This document shows positions 33,101 to 44,443 of a DNA stretch of 45,607 nt, one piece after another. Position 1 is the stretch's first letter; each line of letters starts with the position of its first letter. The position numbers were made by a program, and so were the translations under genes. The stretch comes from Crocinitomicaceae bacterium (GTDB taxonomy: Bacteria; Bacteroidota; Bacteroidia; Flavobacteriales_D; Parvicellaceae): assembly GCA_002686655.1 (NCBI GenBank), contig NYYE01000011.1, positions 1 through 45,607 of the forward strand. Reading direction: 5' to 3'. The notes under the pieces were generated by a model. It saw only the letters and a list, made by a program, of their open reading frames with translations. It did no database searches and was not told the DNA's origin.

Positions 33101-33730
33101 TTACTTTTCACCTTCCTCTTTTGGAGGGGGTGCTGGTTTATCATCATCGTTTATATCTTCAGAACTTTCAGGCTCTGCTTTAGAAGCATCCATTTTAATA
33201 TCTTGTTCAGAAGATTTCTCTTCTTTAACTGGAACCTCCGCACTTTCTTCTATAATCTCAGCATCCTCGATAACTTCATTAGTTTCTATAGGTTTAGAAG
33301 CTACAGCTGAGGCTTTTTTACCACCTCTTCTTCTTGTTTTCTTCTTTTTAGATTGATCTTTTGTTAATAGATCATTAAAGTCTACCAACTCAATCATGGC
33401 CATTTCAGCATTATCACCTAAACGATTATTTAACTTGATTATTCTAGTGTATCCACCAGGTCTATCATTAATTTTAGGGGCAACATCTCTAAAAAGAACT
33501 GAAGAGGCATCTTTATTTTTGAGATATCTAAATACAACTCTTCTATTGTGAGTTGTATCTTGTTTAGATTTTGTGATAAGAGGCTCAACGTACTTTCTTA
33601 AGGCTTTAGCCTTAGCTAAGGTTGTATTGATTCTTTTATGTTCTATTAATGAGCAAGCCATATTTGATAACAACGCACTTCTATGCGCTGTTTTCCTACT
33701 CAAATGATTTGTTTTTTTCCCGTGTCTCAT
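33101..33730 (-). CDS. rplQ: 50S ribosomal protein L17 with ~90-aa basic-then-acidic C-terminal extension
   Basis: '[17 protein letters not shown]...' L17 core up to about residue 117. A low-complexity tail follows: '[12 protein letters not shown]...[17 protein letters not shown]...[15 protein letters not shown]'. Confidence 0.95.
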   Translation of the reverse strand: MRHGKKTNHLSRKTAHRSALLSNMACSLIEHKRINTTLAKAKALRKYVEPLITKSKQDTTHNRRVVFRYLKNKDASSVLFRDVAPKINDRPGGYTRIIKLNNRLGDNAEMAMIELVDFNDLLTKDQSKKKKTRRRGGKKASAVASKPIETNEVIEDAEIIEESAEVPVKEEKSSEQDIKMDASKAEPESSEDINDDDKPAPPPKEEGEK

Positions 33731-33759
33731 AACATACTATTTAAATCGTAGAAATTTAA

Positions 33760-34752
33760 TTAATCTCTATCTAATTTATATCTCGAAACATCCATTCCAA
33801 AAGATAAACCTTTTGATTCAATTAAATCATCAAGCTCTGTAAGAGATTTTTTTCCAAAATTTCTAAACTTCAATAAATCATTTTTATTGTAAGCAACCAA
33901 CTCTCCTAAAGTTTCAACATCAGCTGCCTTTAGACAATTTAATGCTCTTACAGAAAGATCCATATCAACAAGTCTTGTTTTAAGAAGTTGTCTCATGTGA
34001 AGAGAAGTTTCATCGAATTCTTCAGATTCAGATTTTTCATCCTCATCTAAAGTTATTTTCTCATCAGAAAACAACATGAAGTGATGAATTAATATTCTAG
34101 CAGCTTCTTTCAAAGCTTCTTTTGGATGAATTGAACCATCTGAATCAATATCAAAAATTAATTTTTCATAATCAGTTTTTTGTTCAACACGATAGTTCTC
34201 AATAGTATATTTAACGTTTCTAATTGGAGTAAAAATAGAATCAGTAAAAATGGTTCCTACAGGAGCATTTTCAGTTTTATTTTCTTCTGCTGGCACGTAT
34301 CCTCTTCCCTTGACTATAGTCAATTGAATATTTAGTTTAACTGATTTTTCCATGTGACATATTACATGATCAGTATTTAAAACCTGAAAAGAAGAGGTGA
34401 ATTTACCAATATCACCTGCTGTAAACGTTTCTTGTCCAGAAATAGTAACATTAACTTCTTCAAAATCTGAATCCTCAATTTGTCTTTTAAACCTAACTTG
34501 CTTAAGATTTAGTACAATTTCTGTTACGTCTTCAACAACCCCTTTGATAGTAGAAAATTCATGTTCTACACCCTCAACTTTAATAGAAGCTATAGCAAAA
34601 CCTTCAATAGAATTTAATAAAATTCTTCTTAGTGCATTACCAACAGTGATGCCATATCCTGGCTCTAGAGGTCTAAATTCAAACTGACCACGAAAGTCAG
34701 AAGATTCTAACATTATTACTTTTTCTGGTTTTTGGAAATCTAAAATTGCCAT
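33760..34752 (-). CDS. rpoA: DNA-directed RNA polymerase alpha subunit
   Basis: '[16 protein letters not shown]' N-terminal domain and a C-terminal '[10 protein letters not shown]' alpha-CTD. Confidence 0.97.
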   Translation of the reverse strand: MAILDFQKPEKVIMLESSDFRGQFEFRPLEPGYGITVGNALRRILLNSIEGFAIASIKVEGVEHEFSTIKGVVEDVTEIVLNLKQVRFKRQIEDSDFEEVNVTISGQETFTAGDIGKFTSSFQVLNTDHVICHMEKSVKLNIQLTIVKGRGYVPAEENKTENAPVGTIFTDSIFTPIRNVKYTIENYRVEQKTDYEKLIFDIDSDGSIHPKEALKEAARILIHHFMLFSDEKITLDEDEKSESEEFDETSLHMRQLLKTRLVDMDLSVRALNCLKAADVETLGELVAYNKNDLLKFRNFGKKSLTELDDLIESKGLSFGMDVSRYKLDRD

Positions 34753-34777
34753 ATTTTTTATTTTTTTGGTACTCTAA

Positions 34778-35383
34778 TTATTTAGAGTAAAGTTCTACAA
34801 TTAATTGTTCTTTAATATTTTCTGATATTTGCTCTCTGCTTGGGATGGATTTTACTTCTCCTGTTAATGTATTATTATCCCAATACAACCATTCGTTTAC
34901 CTGATTTTCAGAGCTTAATGAAGATGTTATTATCACCATAGATTTTGATTTTTCTCTTACTCCTACTACATCTCCAACTTTTAATGAATATGAAGGAATG
35001 TTAACAATTTTACCGTTGACTGTAATATGTCTATGTGAAACTAATTGTCTTGCACCTCTTCTTGAGGGTGAAACCCCTAATCTGAAAACAACATTGTCAA
35101 GTCTTTGTTCACAAAGTTGTAGTAAAATTTCTCCAGTAATACCAGATTTTGCAGAAGCTTTTTTAAACATATTAGAGAATTGTTTTTCTAAAATTCCATA
35201 GGTGTATTTAGCTTTCTGCTTTTCTGCTAATTGAGTAGCATACTCAGAACGTTTCATCCTCCTTTTGTTTGGGCCATGCATCCCTGGAGGATAATTCTTT
35301 TTCTCTAGAGCTTTGTCAGGACCAAAAATAGGCTCTCTGAACTTTCTAGCGATTTTTGATTTAGGACCGTTATATCTTGCCAT
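34778..35383 (-). CDS. rpsD: 30S ribosomal protein S4
   Basis: '[15 protein letters not shown]...' with an S4 RNA-binding domain. Operon position fits. Confidence 0.96.
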   Translation of the reverse strand: MARYNGPKSKIARKFREPIFGPDKALEKKNYPPGMHGPNKRRMKRSEYATQLAEKQKAKYTYGILEKQFSNMFKKASAKSGITGEILLQLCEQRLDNVVFRLGVSPSRRGARQLVSHRHITVNGKIVNIPSYSLKVGDVVGVREKSKSMVIITSSLSSENQVNEWLYWDNNTLTGEVKSIPSREQISENIKEQLIVELYSK

Positions 35384-35463
35384 TTTTTTTGTTTTGTTAA
35401 AAGTTCATCATGAATTAAGGTCAGTATCCTTCGATGTAATAAACTTTTATGGTTTTTAATTAA

Positions 35464-35847
35464 TTATACTCTTCTTCTTTTAGGTGGTCTACATCCATTA
35501 TGAGGAATTGGGGTAACATCTACAATTTCCGTTACTTCAACACCATTATTATGAATACTTCTGATAGCAGATTCTCTACCTGCTCCAGGTCCCTTTACGT
35601 AAACTTTTACTTTTCTTAAACCAAATTCAAAAGCTTCTTTAGTACATTCTTCAGCAGCAATTTGAGCAGCATAAGGTGTATTTTTCTTTGAACCTCTAAA
35701 TCCCATCTTTCCAGCTGAAGACCATGAAATTACTTGGCCCTTTTCGTTACATAAAGAAATAATTATGTTATTAAAAGAAGCCTGTATATGAGCTTCTCCA
35801 ACAGGATTGATTTGTACGTTTTTTTTCTTTTTTGATTGCTTAGCCAT
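35464..35847 (-). CDS. rpsK: 30S ribosomal protein S11
   Basis: '...[16 protein letters not shown]...[16 protein letters not shown]'. Confidence 0.96.
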   Translation of the reverse strand: MAKQSKKKKNVQINPVGEAHIQASFNNIIISLCNEKGQVISWSSAGKMGFRGSKKNTPYAAQIAAEECTKEAFEFGLRKVKVYVKGPGAGRESAIRSIHNNGVEVTEIVDVTPIPHNGCRPPKRRRV

Positions 35848-35865
35848 AAGTTTATTTCTTAAATA

Positions 35866-36243
35866 TTATTTAGTTGCTTTCTTCTTATTGGCAACTGTTT
35901 TTCTTTTTCCTTTTCTTGTTCTAGAATTGTTCTTAGTTCTTTGCCCCCTTAGTGGTAGTCCATTCCTATGTCTTATCCCTCTTTGAGAACCAATATCCAT
36001 TAATCTTTTAATGTTTAATTGTACTTCAGATCTTAGAGCCCCTTCAACTTTAATGGTTTCTGAAATAAGTTTTCTTATTTTCCCAAGTTGATCATCATTC
36101 CAATCTTGTACTTTAATACTCTCGTCAATTCCAGCTTCAGCCAAAATTTTCTGCGCAGTACTTCTTCCAATTCCGTATATATAGGTTAATCCTATAACAC
36201 CTCTTTTGTTCTTTGGTAAATCTATTCCTGATATTCTTGCCAT
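35866..36243 (-). CDS. rpsM: 30S ribosomal protein S13
   Basis: '[14 protein letters not shown]...[18 protein letters not shown]'. Confidence 0.96.
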   Translation of the reverse strand: MARISGIDLPKNKRGVIGLTYIYGIGRSTAQKILAEAGIDESIKVQDWNDDQLGKIRKLISETIKVEGALRSEVQLNIKRLMDIGSQRGIRHRNGLPLRGQRTKNNSRTRKGKRKTVANKKKATK

Positions 36244-36247
36244 AATA

Positions 36248-36364
36248 TTATCCTTGTCTTTGTTTGAACTTAGGGTTCTTCTTGTTGATTACATATAATC
36301 TTCCTCTACGTCTCACAATCTTGCAATCCGCTGATCTCTTTTTTATAGATGCTCTTACTTTCAT
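36248..36364 (-). CDS. rpmJ: 50S ribosomal protein L36 (zinc-ligand-depleted form)
   Basis: Hand translation gives [38 protein letters not shown] (38 aa). It sits between infA and rpsM. It is too short for the ORF track. Confidence 0.93.
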   Translation of the reverse strand: MKVRASIKKRSADCKIVRRRGRLYVINKKNPKFKQRQG

Positions 36365-36371
36365 TTTTTAA

Positions 36372-36590
36372 TTATTTGTATCTAAACGTAATTCTTCCTT
36401 TTGTCAAATCATATGGAGACATTTCTACCTTTACACGATCTCCTGGTAAAATTCTAATATAATGCATTCTCATCTTACCAGAAATATGAGCTGTTATTAT
36501 ATGCCCATTCTCTAGCTCTACCCTAAACATAGCATTTGATAATGCTTCATTTATGGTCCCATCTTGTTCGATTGATGTCTGTTTAGCCAT
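36372..36590 (-). CDS. infA: Translation initiation factor IF-1
   Basis: 72 aa S1-like OB fold: '...[12 protein letters not shown]...[18 protein letters not shown]'. Confidence 0.96.
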   Translation of the reverse strand: MAKQTSIEQDGTINEALSNAMFRVELENGHIITAHISGKMRMHYIRILPGDRVKVEMSPYDLTKGRITFRYK

Positions 36591-36591
36591 A

Positions 36592-37371
36592 CTATTTATT
36601 AATTAATACTTTTTCAATTTCTTCAAATGATGATAAAACTTCAGGTGAACCATCTAAAGAAATGGCTACATCGTGTTCAAAATGCGCTGATGGTAGGTTA
36701 TCTTTGGTAATAATAGTCCATCCATCATCAAGTTGCTTTACTTCTTTTTTACCTAAATTAATCATAGGTTCTATAGCTAATACTAAACCTGGTTTCATTT
36801 TATGTCCTTTTCCTTTTTTACCATAATTAGGAACCTCTGGTTTTTCGTGCAGAGATCTTCCAAGTCCATGGCCAACTAATTCTCTAACTACTCCAAAACC
36901 GTTAGATTCTGCGTGATTTTGAACAGCGTAACCTATATCTCCAATTCTATTCCCAGCCCTTGCCTGTTCAATAGCTAACTCCAAACACTCTTTAGTAACT
37001 CTAAGAAGATCTCTTACTTCTTTTGAAACCTCACCTACTTCAAATGTATATGCTGAATCTCCATAAAAATCATTCATAAGTACACCGCAATCTACTGATA
37101 CAATATCACCATTTTTCAATGGTTTATCATTAGGAATTCCATGAACAACTGCACTATTTACAGATGTACATAAACTGTTTGGAAAACCACCATATCCGAG
37201 AAAACCTGGGAGAGCATTATTATCTCTAATAAATTCTTCCGCAATTTTATCTAAATCGAGAGTTGTTACACCCGGTTTAATAATTTTAGCAACTTCTGCT
37301 AAAGTTTTACCAACAAGCAAAGAACTTTTTTTAATTCGTTCTATTTCTTCTCCAGTTTTATGAAAAATCAT
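36592..37371 (-). CDS. map: Methionine aminopeptidase type I
   Basis: 'VHGIP', 'DCGV', 'GHGLG' and 'EPM' metal-site motifs. Length 259 aa. Confidence 0.94.
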   Translation of the reverse strand: MIFHKTGEEIERIKKSSLLVGKTLAEVAKIIKPGVTTLDLDKIAEEFIRDNNALPGFLGYGGFPNSLCTSVNSAVVHGIPNDKPLKNGDIVSVDCGVLMNDFYGDSAYTFEVGEVSKEVRDLLRVTKECLELAIEQARAGNRIGDIGYAVQNHAESNGFGVVRELVGHGLGRSLHEKPEVPNYGKKGKGHKMKPGLVLAIEPMINLGKKEVKQLDDGWTIITKDNLPSAHFEHDVAISLDGSPEVLSSFEEIEKVLINK

Positions 37372-37383
37372 GGAAAAGTAAAT

Positions 37384-38715
37384 TTATAAGGCTTGACTCA
37401 TTGTCACTGCTGACGATGATGATCTTCCCTTTATTCTACCACCCTTAATTAGACCATCATAATGTCTATTCAATAAGTGGCTTTCAATTTGTTGAAGAGT
37501 GTCTAATACCACTCCAACCATAATAAGTAAAGATGTTCCACCAAAGAAATATGAAAAACCTTGTTGAACACCAAAATTCATTGCAAATGCAGGTAAAATA
37601 GCAATAATACCTAGGAAAATAGAACCTGGGAATACCAACCTAGATATCAAACCTTCAATAAAATCAGCTGTTTTCTTCCCTGGCTTAACTCCAGGAATAA
37701 AAGATCCGTTTCTTTTTAATTCGTCTGCCATTTGATTAGGATTCATCATAATAGCTGTATAGAAATAAGTGAAAATAACAATCATTAAAAAGAATACAGC
37801 GTTGTACCAAAAACCTTGTATATTAGAAAAAGTCGCTCCAAATGAACTGTTCTGAAAAATTAAAGAAGGTAGAAACATTAGTGCTTGGGCAAATATGATA
37901 GGCATAACGCCTGCTTGATTAATTTTAAGTGGAATATAACTTCTTTGACCACCTGCTAATGCTTGTCGAGAACCTCTTCCAATAACTCTTTTGGCTGTAT
38001 GAACCGGGATCCTTCTTGTACCTTGAACTAATAAAATTGTTAACAAGATAACAAACAGTAAAATAACCATTTCAACTAAAAGAATCACTAAACCTCCATC
38101 GTAAATTTTAGCACCTAGTTCTTGGAAAAATGCACCTGGTAATCCAGCAATTATCCCTATTGTAATAATTAAAGATATTCCATTTCCAATTCCTCTGTCA
38201 GTAATTCTTTCACCTAGCCAAGTTACAAACATGGTGCCTGCTGTTAGTATAGCGGTAACTTCAAACCACCAAAAGAAAGAATCATTTAACCTTGCTTCCG
38301 CTGGAACATAAGCTCCCATATAGCTTGGAGCTTGGAACAAACAAATAGCAATAGTTAGAAGTCTAGTGTATTGATTGATTTTTTTTCTTCCACTTTCTCC
38401 CTCTCTTTGAAGTCGCTGAAAGGTTGGAACTGCCATACCAAGTAATTGCATAACAATTGAAGCAGATATATAGGGCATTATTCCCAATGCCATAATTGAA
38501 GCTCTTGAAAAAGCGCCTCCAGCAAACATATTTATTAAATTTAAAATACTGTTGTCACCTGCAGTTGAGGAAGCAAGTCTTTCAGCATCAATACCTGGAA
38601 GCACAATAAAAGAACCTATTCTGTATACCAACACTAGTGCTAGTGTATACATGATACGTTTTCTCAGCTCTTCAACTGCCCAAATTTCTTTTAATGTTTT
38701 AATTAAATTTTTCAT
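37384..38715 (-). CDS. secY: Preprotein translocase subunit SecY
   Basis: 443 aa, 10-TM pattern, 'LGIMPYISASI'. Operon position fits. Confidence 0.96.
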   Translation of the reverse strand: MKNLIKTLKEIWAVEELRKRIMYTLALVLVYRIGSFIVLPGIDAERLASSTAGDNSILNLINMFAGGAFSRASIMALGIMPYISASIVMQLLGMAVPTFQRLQREGESGRKKINQYTRLLTIAICLFQAPSYMGAYVPAEARLNDSFFWWFEVTAILTAGTMFVTWLGERITDRGIGNGISLIITIGIIAGLPGAFFQELGAKIYDGGLVILLVEMVILLFVILLTILLVQGTRRIPVHTAKRVIGRGSRQALAGGQRSYIPLKINQAGVMPIIFAQALMFLPSLIFQNSSFGATFSNIQGFWYNAVFFLMIVIFTYFYTAIMMNPNQMADELKRNGSFIPGVKPGKKTADFIEGLISRLVFPGSIFLGIIAILPAFAMNFGVQQGFSYFFGGTSLLIMVGVVLDTLQQIESHLLNRHYDGLIKGGRIKGRSSSSAVTMSQAL

Positions 38716-39182
38716 TCAGCTTTTGCTTTCTTTTTTTCAATAACCTCAGCCTTCCCACCTAAATCTTCAATATTAGATTTTGCTTTTGCAGAAAAACCAT
38801 GAGCTGAAATATTGATTTTAGATTTTAATTCCCCTCTACCAAGAATTTTGATTAAATCTTTTTTGTTGGCTAAACCATTTTCTACTATCATTTCTGGTGT
38901 AATAGATTTAGCTTTAGTTTTATCAACGACGAATTGAATAGTATCTAAATTTATTCCCTTGTATTCAACTCTGTTAATATTTTTGAATCCAAATTTTGGA
39001 ACTCTTCTTTGCAATGGCATTTGTCCGCCCTCAAATCCAATTTTAGATTTGTAACCAGATCTTGACTTGGCACCTTTATGCCCCCTAGTGGAAGTTCCAC
39101 CGTGGCCGGACCCTTGTCCTCTACCAACTCTTTTCTTTGCTTTTGTTGATCCTTCTGCCGGTTTTAAAGTGTGTAATTTCAT
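38712..39182 (-). CDS. rplO: 50S ribosomal protein L15
   Basis: 'MKLHTLKPAEGS...GRGQGSGHGGTSTRGHKG'. Confidence 0.95.
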   Translation of the reverse strand: MKLHTLKPAEGSTKAKKRVGRGQGSGHGGTSTRGHKGAKSRSGYKSKIGFEGGQMPLQRRVPKFGFKNINRVEYKGINLDTIQFVVDKTKAKSITPEMIVENGLANKKDLIKILGRGELKSKINISAHGFSAKAKSNIEDLGGKAEVIEKKKAKAE

Positions 39183-39203
39183 AATTACTTAATTTCTTTT
39201 AAA

Positions 39204-39380
39204 TTATTTTTCAATTTTCACAAGGTGTTCCACTTTATGAACCATTCCTAAAATTTGAGGAGTGGCTTCATGTTCAACTGTTCTATTCAATTTACCTAAC
39301 CCTAAAGCCTGTAGAGTTAACTTCTGTCTTGAAGGTCTATTAATTGCGCTTTTTATTTGAGTAACTTTAATTTTTGCCAT
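39204..39380 (-). CDS. rpmD: 50S ribosomal protein L30
   Basis: Hand translation gives MAKIKVTQIKSAINRPSRQKLTLQALGLGKLNRTVEHEATPQILGMVHKVEHLVKIEK* (58 aa). It sits between rpsE and rplO. It is not in the ORF track. Confidence 0.92.
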   Translation of the reverse strand: MAKIKVTQIKSAINRPSRQKLTLQALGLGKLNRTVEHEATPQILGMVHKVEHLVKIEK

Positions 39381-39391
39381 GTTGAACTTAC

Positions 39392-39907
39392 TTATCCGTT
39401 AAAAACTTTATCTAAACTTATACCTCTTTGTTGAGCAACACTATTAGCATCTCGAAGAGATAATAATGCGTTTACAGTAGCTTTCACAACATTATGAGGA
39501 TTGGAAGATCCTTGAGATTTTGCTAATACATTTTTGATTCCTGCACTTTCAAGAACTGCACGCATGGCACCACCAGCAATTACACCAGTACCAGCTGAAG
39601 CCGGTTTAAGAAAAACTTGTGCACCTGAAAATTTAGACTTAATAGAATGAGGAAGCGTATCATTTACTACTGCTACTCTTCTTAAATTCTTTTTAGCATC
39701 TTCAACTGCTTTCGAAATAGCTTCAGTAACTTCATTAGCTTTACCTAGTCCGTGGCCAACAATACTTTTTTCATCTCCAACTACTACAATTGCAGAAAAA
39801 CTAAAATGTCTTCCACCCTTGGTTACTTTTGTTACTCTGTTTATAGCAACTAGTCTATCTTTTAATTCAATATCTGTAGCTCTTACTGACTTTTCTGATT
39901 CAATCAT
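39392..39907 (-). CDS. rpsE: 30S ribosomal protein S5
   Basis: '...[24 protein letters not shown]...'. Confidence 0.96.
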   Translation of the reverse strand: MIESEKSVRATDIELKDRLVAINRVTKVTKGGRHFSFSAIVVVGDEKSIVGHGLGKANEVTEAISKAVEDAKKNLRRVAVVNDTLPHSIKSKFSGAQVFLKPASAGTGVIAGGAMRAVLESAGIKNVLAKSQGSSNPHNVVKATVNALLSLRDANSVAQQRGISLDKVFNG

Positions 39908-39916
39908 ACTTCTTTA

Positions 39917-40270
39917 TTAAAATTTTAAACCATTTTCTCTGGCTGATTCTGCTAATGCTTTAATTCGACCATGATATAAATAACCATTTCTATCAAAAAC
40001 AATGTCTTTAATGCCTGCTTTTGAAGCATTTTCTGCAATTTTCTTTCCAATAGATTTAGCTTGATCAATTTTATTTCCTTTAAACGAAGCATCTTTTTCG
40101 TATGAAGATGCTGATGCCAATGTAACCCCGTTAATATCATCTATTAACTGAGCATAAATTTGTTTATTACTTCTAAAAACACTTAATCTAGGTCTGGCAG
40201 ATGTTCCGGAAATATTTTTACGAATTCTTCTCTTTATTCGTAATCTTCTATTAGATTTTAAATTACTCAT
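39917..40270 (-). CDS. rplR: 50S ribosomal protein L18
   Basis: '...[20 protein letters not shown]...[16 protein letters not shown]'. Confidence 0.96.
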   Translation of the reverse strand: MSNLKSNRRLRIKRRIRKNISGTSARPRLSVFRSNKQIYAQLIDDINGVTLASASSYEKDASFKGNKIDQAKSIGKKIAENASKAGIKDIVFDRNGYLYHGRIKALAESARENGLKF

Positions 40271-40279
40271 TTCTTAAAA

Positions 40280-40834
40280 TTATTTTGCTGCAGTTTTACC
40301 TGCTTTTCTTCTAATTACTTCACCTTTAAATAATACGCCTTTTCCTTTATAAGGTTCGGGTTTTCTAAAAGATCTTATTTTAGCTGCTACCTGACCTATA
40401 AGTTGTTTGTCAAAAGATTCCAATTTTAATAATGGGTTTTTACCTTTTTCTGTCGTGGCAGTAAGCTTAACTTCTTGAGGAATTTCAAACACTATAGGGT
40501 GGGAGAATCCGAGAGAAAGCTCTAATCTTTGTCCCTGAGCTTTTGCTCGATATCCAACACCAACTAATTCTTGTTCTATAACATATCCTTGGGAAACACC
40601 AACTACCATATTATTTATTAATGCTCTATACAAGCCGTGCATTGATCTTATTTCTTTCTCATCACTACTTCTAGAAAGACTTACTATACCATCATTATAT
40701 TCAACTTTTATTGAAGGATTAACGTGTTCTTTTAGTTCACCTAATTTACCTTTTACACTTACCATATTTTCAGCTGAAATATTAATTTCTACTCCTTCAG
40801 GTATTGTTATGGGTGCATTTCCAATTCTTGACAT
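40280..40834 (-). CDS. rplF: 50S ribosomal protein L6
   Basis: 'MSRIGNAPITIPEGVEI...VGVGYRA...'. Confidence 0.96.
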   Translation of the reverse strand: MSRIGNAPITIPEGVEINISAENMVSVKGKLGELKEHVNPSIKVEYNDGIVSLSRSSDEKEIRSMHGLYRALINNMVVGVSQGYVIEQELVGVGYRAKAQGQRLELSLGFSHPIVFEIPQEVKLTATTEKGKNPLLKLESFDKQLIGQVAAKIRSFRKPEPYKGKGVLFKGEVIRRKAGKTAAK

Positions 40835-40844
40835 TTCTTTTAAT

Positions 40845-41243
40845 TTAATCTACGTAGCAAAGTATTTCACCACCAACTTTTTGTTTTCTTGCTTCCTTAT
40901 CAGTAATTAAACCTATAGATGTAGAAACAATTGCAATTCCTAAACCGTTCAATACTCTAGGCATCGTATCTACACCTGAATATTTTCTTAATCCAGGCTT
41001 ACTTATTCTTGTAAGATTTTTTATAGCTGAGTCTTTAGTCTTGTTGTTATACTTAAGAGCAATTTTAATAATTCCTTGTTTACTATCTTCAATTACCTTG
41101 AAATTCAATATAAAACCTTGATCCATTAAAATTTGAGTCATTGCTTTTTTAAGATTTGAACCAGGTATTTCAACTACTTTATGCTTTGCAGCAATAGCAT
41201 TTCTTAGCCTTGTTAGATAATCTGAAATAGGATCTGTTACCAT
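40845..41243 (-). CDS. rpsH: 30S ribosomal protein S8
   Basis: True start at the internal ATG 41243 ('[16 protein letters not shown]...'). The 33-codon upstream extension of the track ORF overlaps rpsN and is not S8-like. Confidence 0.94.
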   Translation of the reverse strand: MVTDPISDYLTRLRNAIAAKHKVVEIPGSNLKKAMTQILMDQGFILNFKVIEDSKQGIIKIALKYNNKTKDSAIKNLTRISKPGLRKYSGVDTMPRVLNGLGIAIVSTSIGLITDKEARKQKVGGEILCYVD

Positions 41244-41265
41244 TATTTTATTATTTAAATTTATT

Positions 41266-41553
41266 TTACCAGCTTGCTTTTGTAATTCCTGGTATTTTAC
41301 CAGCAACTGCCATTTCTCTAAATGTAACTCTAGATATTCCAAACTGTCTCATATAGCCTCTTGGTCTACCTGTTAATTGACATCTATTGTGCTTTCTTAT
41401 GCTCATTGAGTTTTTAGGAAGCTTTTGTAATTTAAACATCGCGTCCCAATCTCCTTCACTTTGAGCCTTTCTCAAAATTGCTCTTCTTTCATCATACTGA
41501 GCGGCAAGTTTTGCTCTTTTTCGCTCCTTAGCTTTCATTGATTCTTTAGCCAT
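41266..41553 (-). CDS. rpsN: 30S ribosomal protein S14 (long form)
   Basis: '[13 protein letters not shown]...[24 protein letters not shown]...'. Confidence 0.95.
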   Translation of the reverse strand: MAKESMKAKERKRAKLAAQYDERRAILRKAQSEGDWDAMFKLQKLPKNSMSIRKHNRCQLTGRPRGYMRQFGISRVTFREMAVAGKIPGITKASW

Positions 41554-41565
41554 AATTTTCTATAT

Positions 41566-42114
41566 TTATTTTTTTTCAAATGGAAAGCCGAATTCTAATA
41601 ATAGAGCTTTACCCTCTTCAGTAGTATTCGCGGTTGTTACTATAGTTATATCCATTCCTAAAATTTTTTTCACTTTATCAATGTCAATTTCAGGGAATAT
41701 GATGCTCTCCTTTACTCCAATAGTGAAATTACCTCTTCCATCCCCCTTAGACTTAACTCCTCTAAAATCTCTGGTTCTGGGTAAAGCAACTGAAATTAAC
41801 CTATCAAGAAACTCATACATTTTTTCTCTACGGAGAGTTACTTTGGTTCCAATAGGCATTCCTTTTCTTAATTTAAAATTTGAAACATCTTTTTTAGAAT
41901 TAACTATCAGTGCTTTTTGTCCAGCTATTTCCGAAAGATCATTTACTGCATTTTCGATTAATTTTTTGTCTGCAACAGCTTCACCAACTCCTTGACTAAT
42001 AACAATTTTTTCTACCATAGGAACTTCCATAACAGATTTATATTTGAATTTTTCTGTTAAAACTGGAACAATTTCGTTCGTATATTTATCTTTTAATCTG
42101 GGTGAATAACTCAT
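41566..42114 (-). CDS. rplE: 50S ribosomal protein L5
   Basis: '...[13 protein letters not shown]...[11 protein letters not shown]...'. Confidence 0.96.
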   Translation of the reverse strand: MSYSPRLKDKYTNEIVPVLTEKFKYKSVMEVPMVEKIVISQGVGEAVADKKLIENAVNDLSEIAGQKALIVNSKKDVSNFKLRKGMPIGTKVTLRREKMYEFLDRLISVALPRTRDFRGVKSKGDGRGNFTIGVKESIIFPEIDIDKVKKILGMDITIVTTANTTEEGKALLLEFGFPFEKK

Positions 42115-42440
42115 GACACTATCTCCTCTCCTGTTTTTTTAGCGATCCTAACTAAAGTACCGTTTTCAGAAATCTTTCTTCCAACTTTTGTAGGTTCACC
42201 ATTGTGAATTAATACCACATTTGAAATATGTAGACTTCTATCTTTATCTAATATTCCTCCATCCGGATTAGCTTTATCACTTTGTGGTTTAACATGTTTT
42301 TTATTAACAACTGAAAGCCCTTCGATGAAGACTCTTTCTTTTGTATAATCAACATCAAGAATTACTCCCTGTTGACCTAATGAAGCTCCAGCAATTACTT
42401 TCACTGTATCTCCTTTTTTTATTTTAAATTTCTTTTGCAT
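42111..42440 (-). CDS. rplX: 50S ribosomal protein L24
   Basis: KOW motif '[12 protein letters not shown]'. Length 109 aa. Confidence 0.95.
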   Translation of the reverse strand: MQKKFKIKKGDTVKVIAGASLGQQGVILDVDYTKERVFIEGLSVVNKKHVKPQSDKANPDGGILDKDRSLHISNVVLIHNGEPTKVGRKISENGTLVRIAKKTGEEIVS

Positions 42441-42451
42441 TACTCTAATAA

Positions 42452-42820
42452 TTATAATACTTCAGGTGCCAAAGACACTATTTTCATAAATTGTTTTTCT
42501 CTTAGTTCTCTCGCAACTGGACCAAAAATTCTTGTTCCTCTCATTTCACCAGTATCATTTAATAATACAACTGCGTTGTTGTCAAATCTTATGTAGGAAC
42601 CATCATTTCTTCTAACTTCTTTTTTAGTTCTTACCACTACTGCTCTTGATACTTGGCCTTTCTTCACGTTTCCAGATGGTGTAGCATCTTTTACTGTAAC
42701 AACTACCTGATCACCAATAGATGCATACCTTCTTTTGGTACCACCAAGAACTCTAATAACTAATACTTGTTTGGCTCCACTGTTATCAGCAACTAATAAT
42801 CTACTTTCTTGTTGTACCAT
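42452..42820 (-). CDS. rplN: 50S ribosomal protein L14
   Basis: '[17 protein letters not shown]...' Length 122 aa. Confidence 0.97.
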   Translation of the reverse strand: MVQQESRLLVADNSGAKQVLVIRVLGGTKRRYASIGDQVVVTVKDATPSGNVKKGQVSRAVVVRTKKEVRRNDGSYIRFDNNAVVLLNDTGEMRGTRIFGPVARELREKQFMKIVSLAPEVL

Positions 42821-42827
42821 AACTTAA

Positions 42828-43079
42828 TTATTTAGCTTTTTCAAGTATTTCTACCAATCTCCAATTCTTACTTTTACTAAGGGGCCTTGTCTCCATAATC
42901 TTAACTGTATCCCCTTCATTACACTCATTTTTTTCATCATGAGCAATAAAAGAGGTGCTTTTTTTAAGAAACTTACCATACTTTGGATGCTTTTCTTTTC
43001 TTTCTACCGTAACAACGATAGACTTGTCCATTTTGGAACTTTTAACTAACCCTATTCTTTCTTTTCTTAAATTTCTCAT
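42828..43079 (-). CDS. rpsQ: 30S ribosomal protein S17
   Basis: '[23 protein letters not shown]...'. I prefer the ATG at 43079 over the track's TTG at 43088, which overlaps rpmC. Either start is possible. Confidence 0.93.
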   Translation of the reverse strand: MRNLRKERIGLVKSSKMDKSIVVTVERKEKHPKYGKFLKKSTSFIAHDEKNECNEGDTVKIMETRPLSKSKNWRLVEILEKAK

Positions 43080-43084
43080 ATCTA

Positions 43085-43300
43085 TCAATTAGTAGTTTCT
43101 TGTAATTCTCTTTTTTGGATTTCCGTATTGATTCTAGCTACGTTTCGTCTCACAAATCTTATTTCGAGAGGATTTTCTAATTCAGCTGTTTTATGATTCA
43201 TTTTAAGCTTTTTAAGCTCTGCTTGAGTATTATCAAGCATTTCATGAAGTTCTTCTGTTGATAAACTGATTAATTTTATATTAAATTCTTTGCTTTTCAC
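43085..43300 (-). CDS. rpmC: 50S ribosomal protein L29
   Basis: 71 aa helical protein with '...[10 protein letters not shown]...ELKKLKMNH...'. It sits between rplP and rpsQ. Confidence 0.93.
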   Translation of the reverse strand: MKSKEFNIKLISLSTEELHEMLDNTQAELKKLKMNHKTAELENPLEIRFVRRNVARINTEIQKRELQETTN

Positions 43301-43317
43301 TTTTCAATACTTTTGAA

Positions 43318-43731
43318 TTAAAAATCATTTCTTACTACAAACTTAGTTTTAAGGGGAAGTTTTTGAGAGGCTAACCTTAAAGCTTCTTTTGCAACTTCAT
43401 AAGGAACACCATCTGCTTCAAATAAAATTCTTCCCGGTCTTATTACCGCTACCCAGTGGTCTAAGGCACCTTTTCCTTTACCCATCCTTACTTCAGCAGG
43501 CTTATTGGTAATAGGCTTATCTGGAAAGATTCTAATCCAAACTTTTCCTTCTCTTTTCATATATCTTGTTACAGCTATACGAGCAGCCTCAATCTGTCTG
43601 GAGGTTAAAAAACCTTCGTCAAGAGACTTGATTCCAAAAGAACCAAAAGCGATTTGATGCCCTCTTTGAGCATTTCCCTTAATTTTTCCTTTTTGCTGCT
43701 TTCTATGTTTCGTCTTCTTAGGTTGTAACAT
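43318..43731 (-). CDS. rplP: 50S ribosomal protein L16
   Basis: '[15 protein letters not shown]...RMGKGKG...'. Confidence 0.97.
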   Translation of the reverse strand: MLQPKKTKHRKQQKGKIKGNAQRGHQIAFGSFGIKSLDEGFLTSRQIEAARIAVTRYMKREGKVWIRIFPDKPITNKPAEVRMGKGKGALDHWVAVIRPGRILFEADGVPYEVAKEALRLASQKLPLKTKFVVRNDF

Positions 43732-43741
43732 AATATTCTAA

Positions 43742-44434
43742 TTATCTTTTTCTTTTATCGTTATTTGGCTTTCTATTACTCATTCCAAAATTTGGAGATA
43801 AATCTCTTTTACCAAAAACTTCACCTTTGCATATCCAAACTTTAATTCCTATTAAACCATAAGTTGTTAATGCCTCTGATAAAGCATAATCAACATCAGC
43901 TCTTAAGGTGTGAAGTGGAATTCTTCCATCTTTATACATTTCACTTCTAGCCATTTCAGCTCCATTTAATCTACCTGAAATTTTCACTTTAATTCCTTCT
44001 GCACCCATTCTCATAGTTGATGCAATTGACATTTTGATAGCTCTTCTAAAAGATATTCTAGCCTCTATTTGTCTAGCAATACTGTCAGCAACTAGCTTAG
44101 CATCTAGTTCTGGTCTTTTAATTTCAAAAATATTTATTTGAACTTCTTTAGAGGTTAATTTTTTAAGTTCTTCTTTTAATTTATCAACCTCAGATCCAGC
44201 TTTTCCAATAATGACACCAGGTCTTGCAGTATTGATTGTTATAGTAATTAGTTTGAGAGTTCTTTCAATAATAATTTTAGAAATACTTGCTTTTTGAAGT
44301 CTAGCATATAGATATTTTCTAATTTTTTCATCTTCAACTAATTTAGCAGAGTAATCTCTTCCACCATACCAATTTGAGTCCCATCCTTTGATGAATCCTA
44401 ATCTATTTCCTATAGGGTTTGTTTTTTGTCCCAT
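43742..44434 (-). CDS. rpsC: 30S ribosomal protein S3
   Basis: '[13 protein letters not shown]...' with a KH domain. Length 230 aa. Confidence 0.97.
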   Translation of the reverse strand: MGQKTNPIGNRLGFIKGWDSNWYGGRDYSAKLVEDEKIRKYLYARLQKASISKIIIERTLKLITITINTARPGVIIGKAGSEVDKLKEELKKLTSKEVQINIFEIKRPELDAKLVADSIARQIEARISFRRAIKMSIASTMRMGAEGIKVKISGRLNGAEMARSEMYKDGRIPLHTLRADVDYALSEALTTYGLIGIKVWICKGEVFGKRDLSPNFGMSNRKPNNDKRKR

Positions 44435-44443
44435 AATTTCTCT

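Noticed and set aside
41244-41342. 33-codon N-terminal extension of the S8 ORF
   Set aside because: It overlaps the rpsN coding region. S8 conservation begins at '[10 protein letters not shown]' (ATG 41243).
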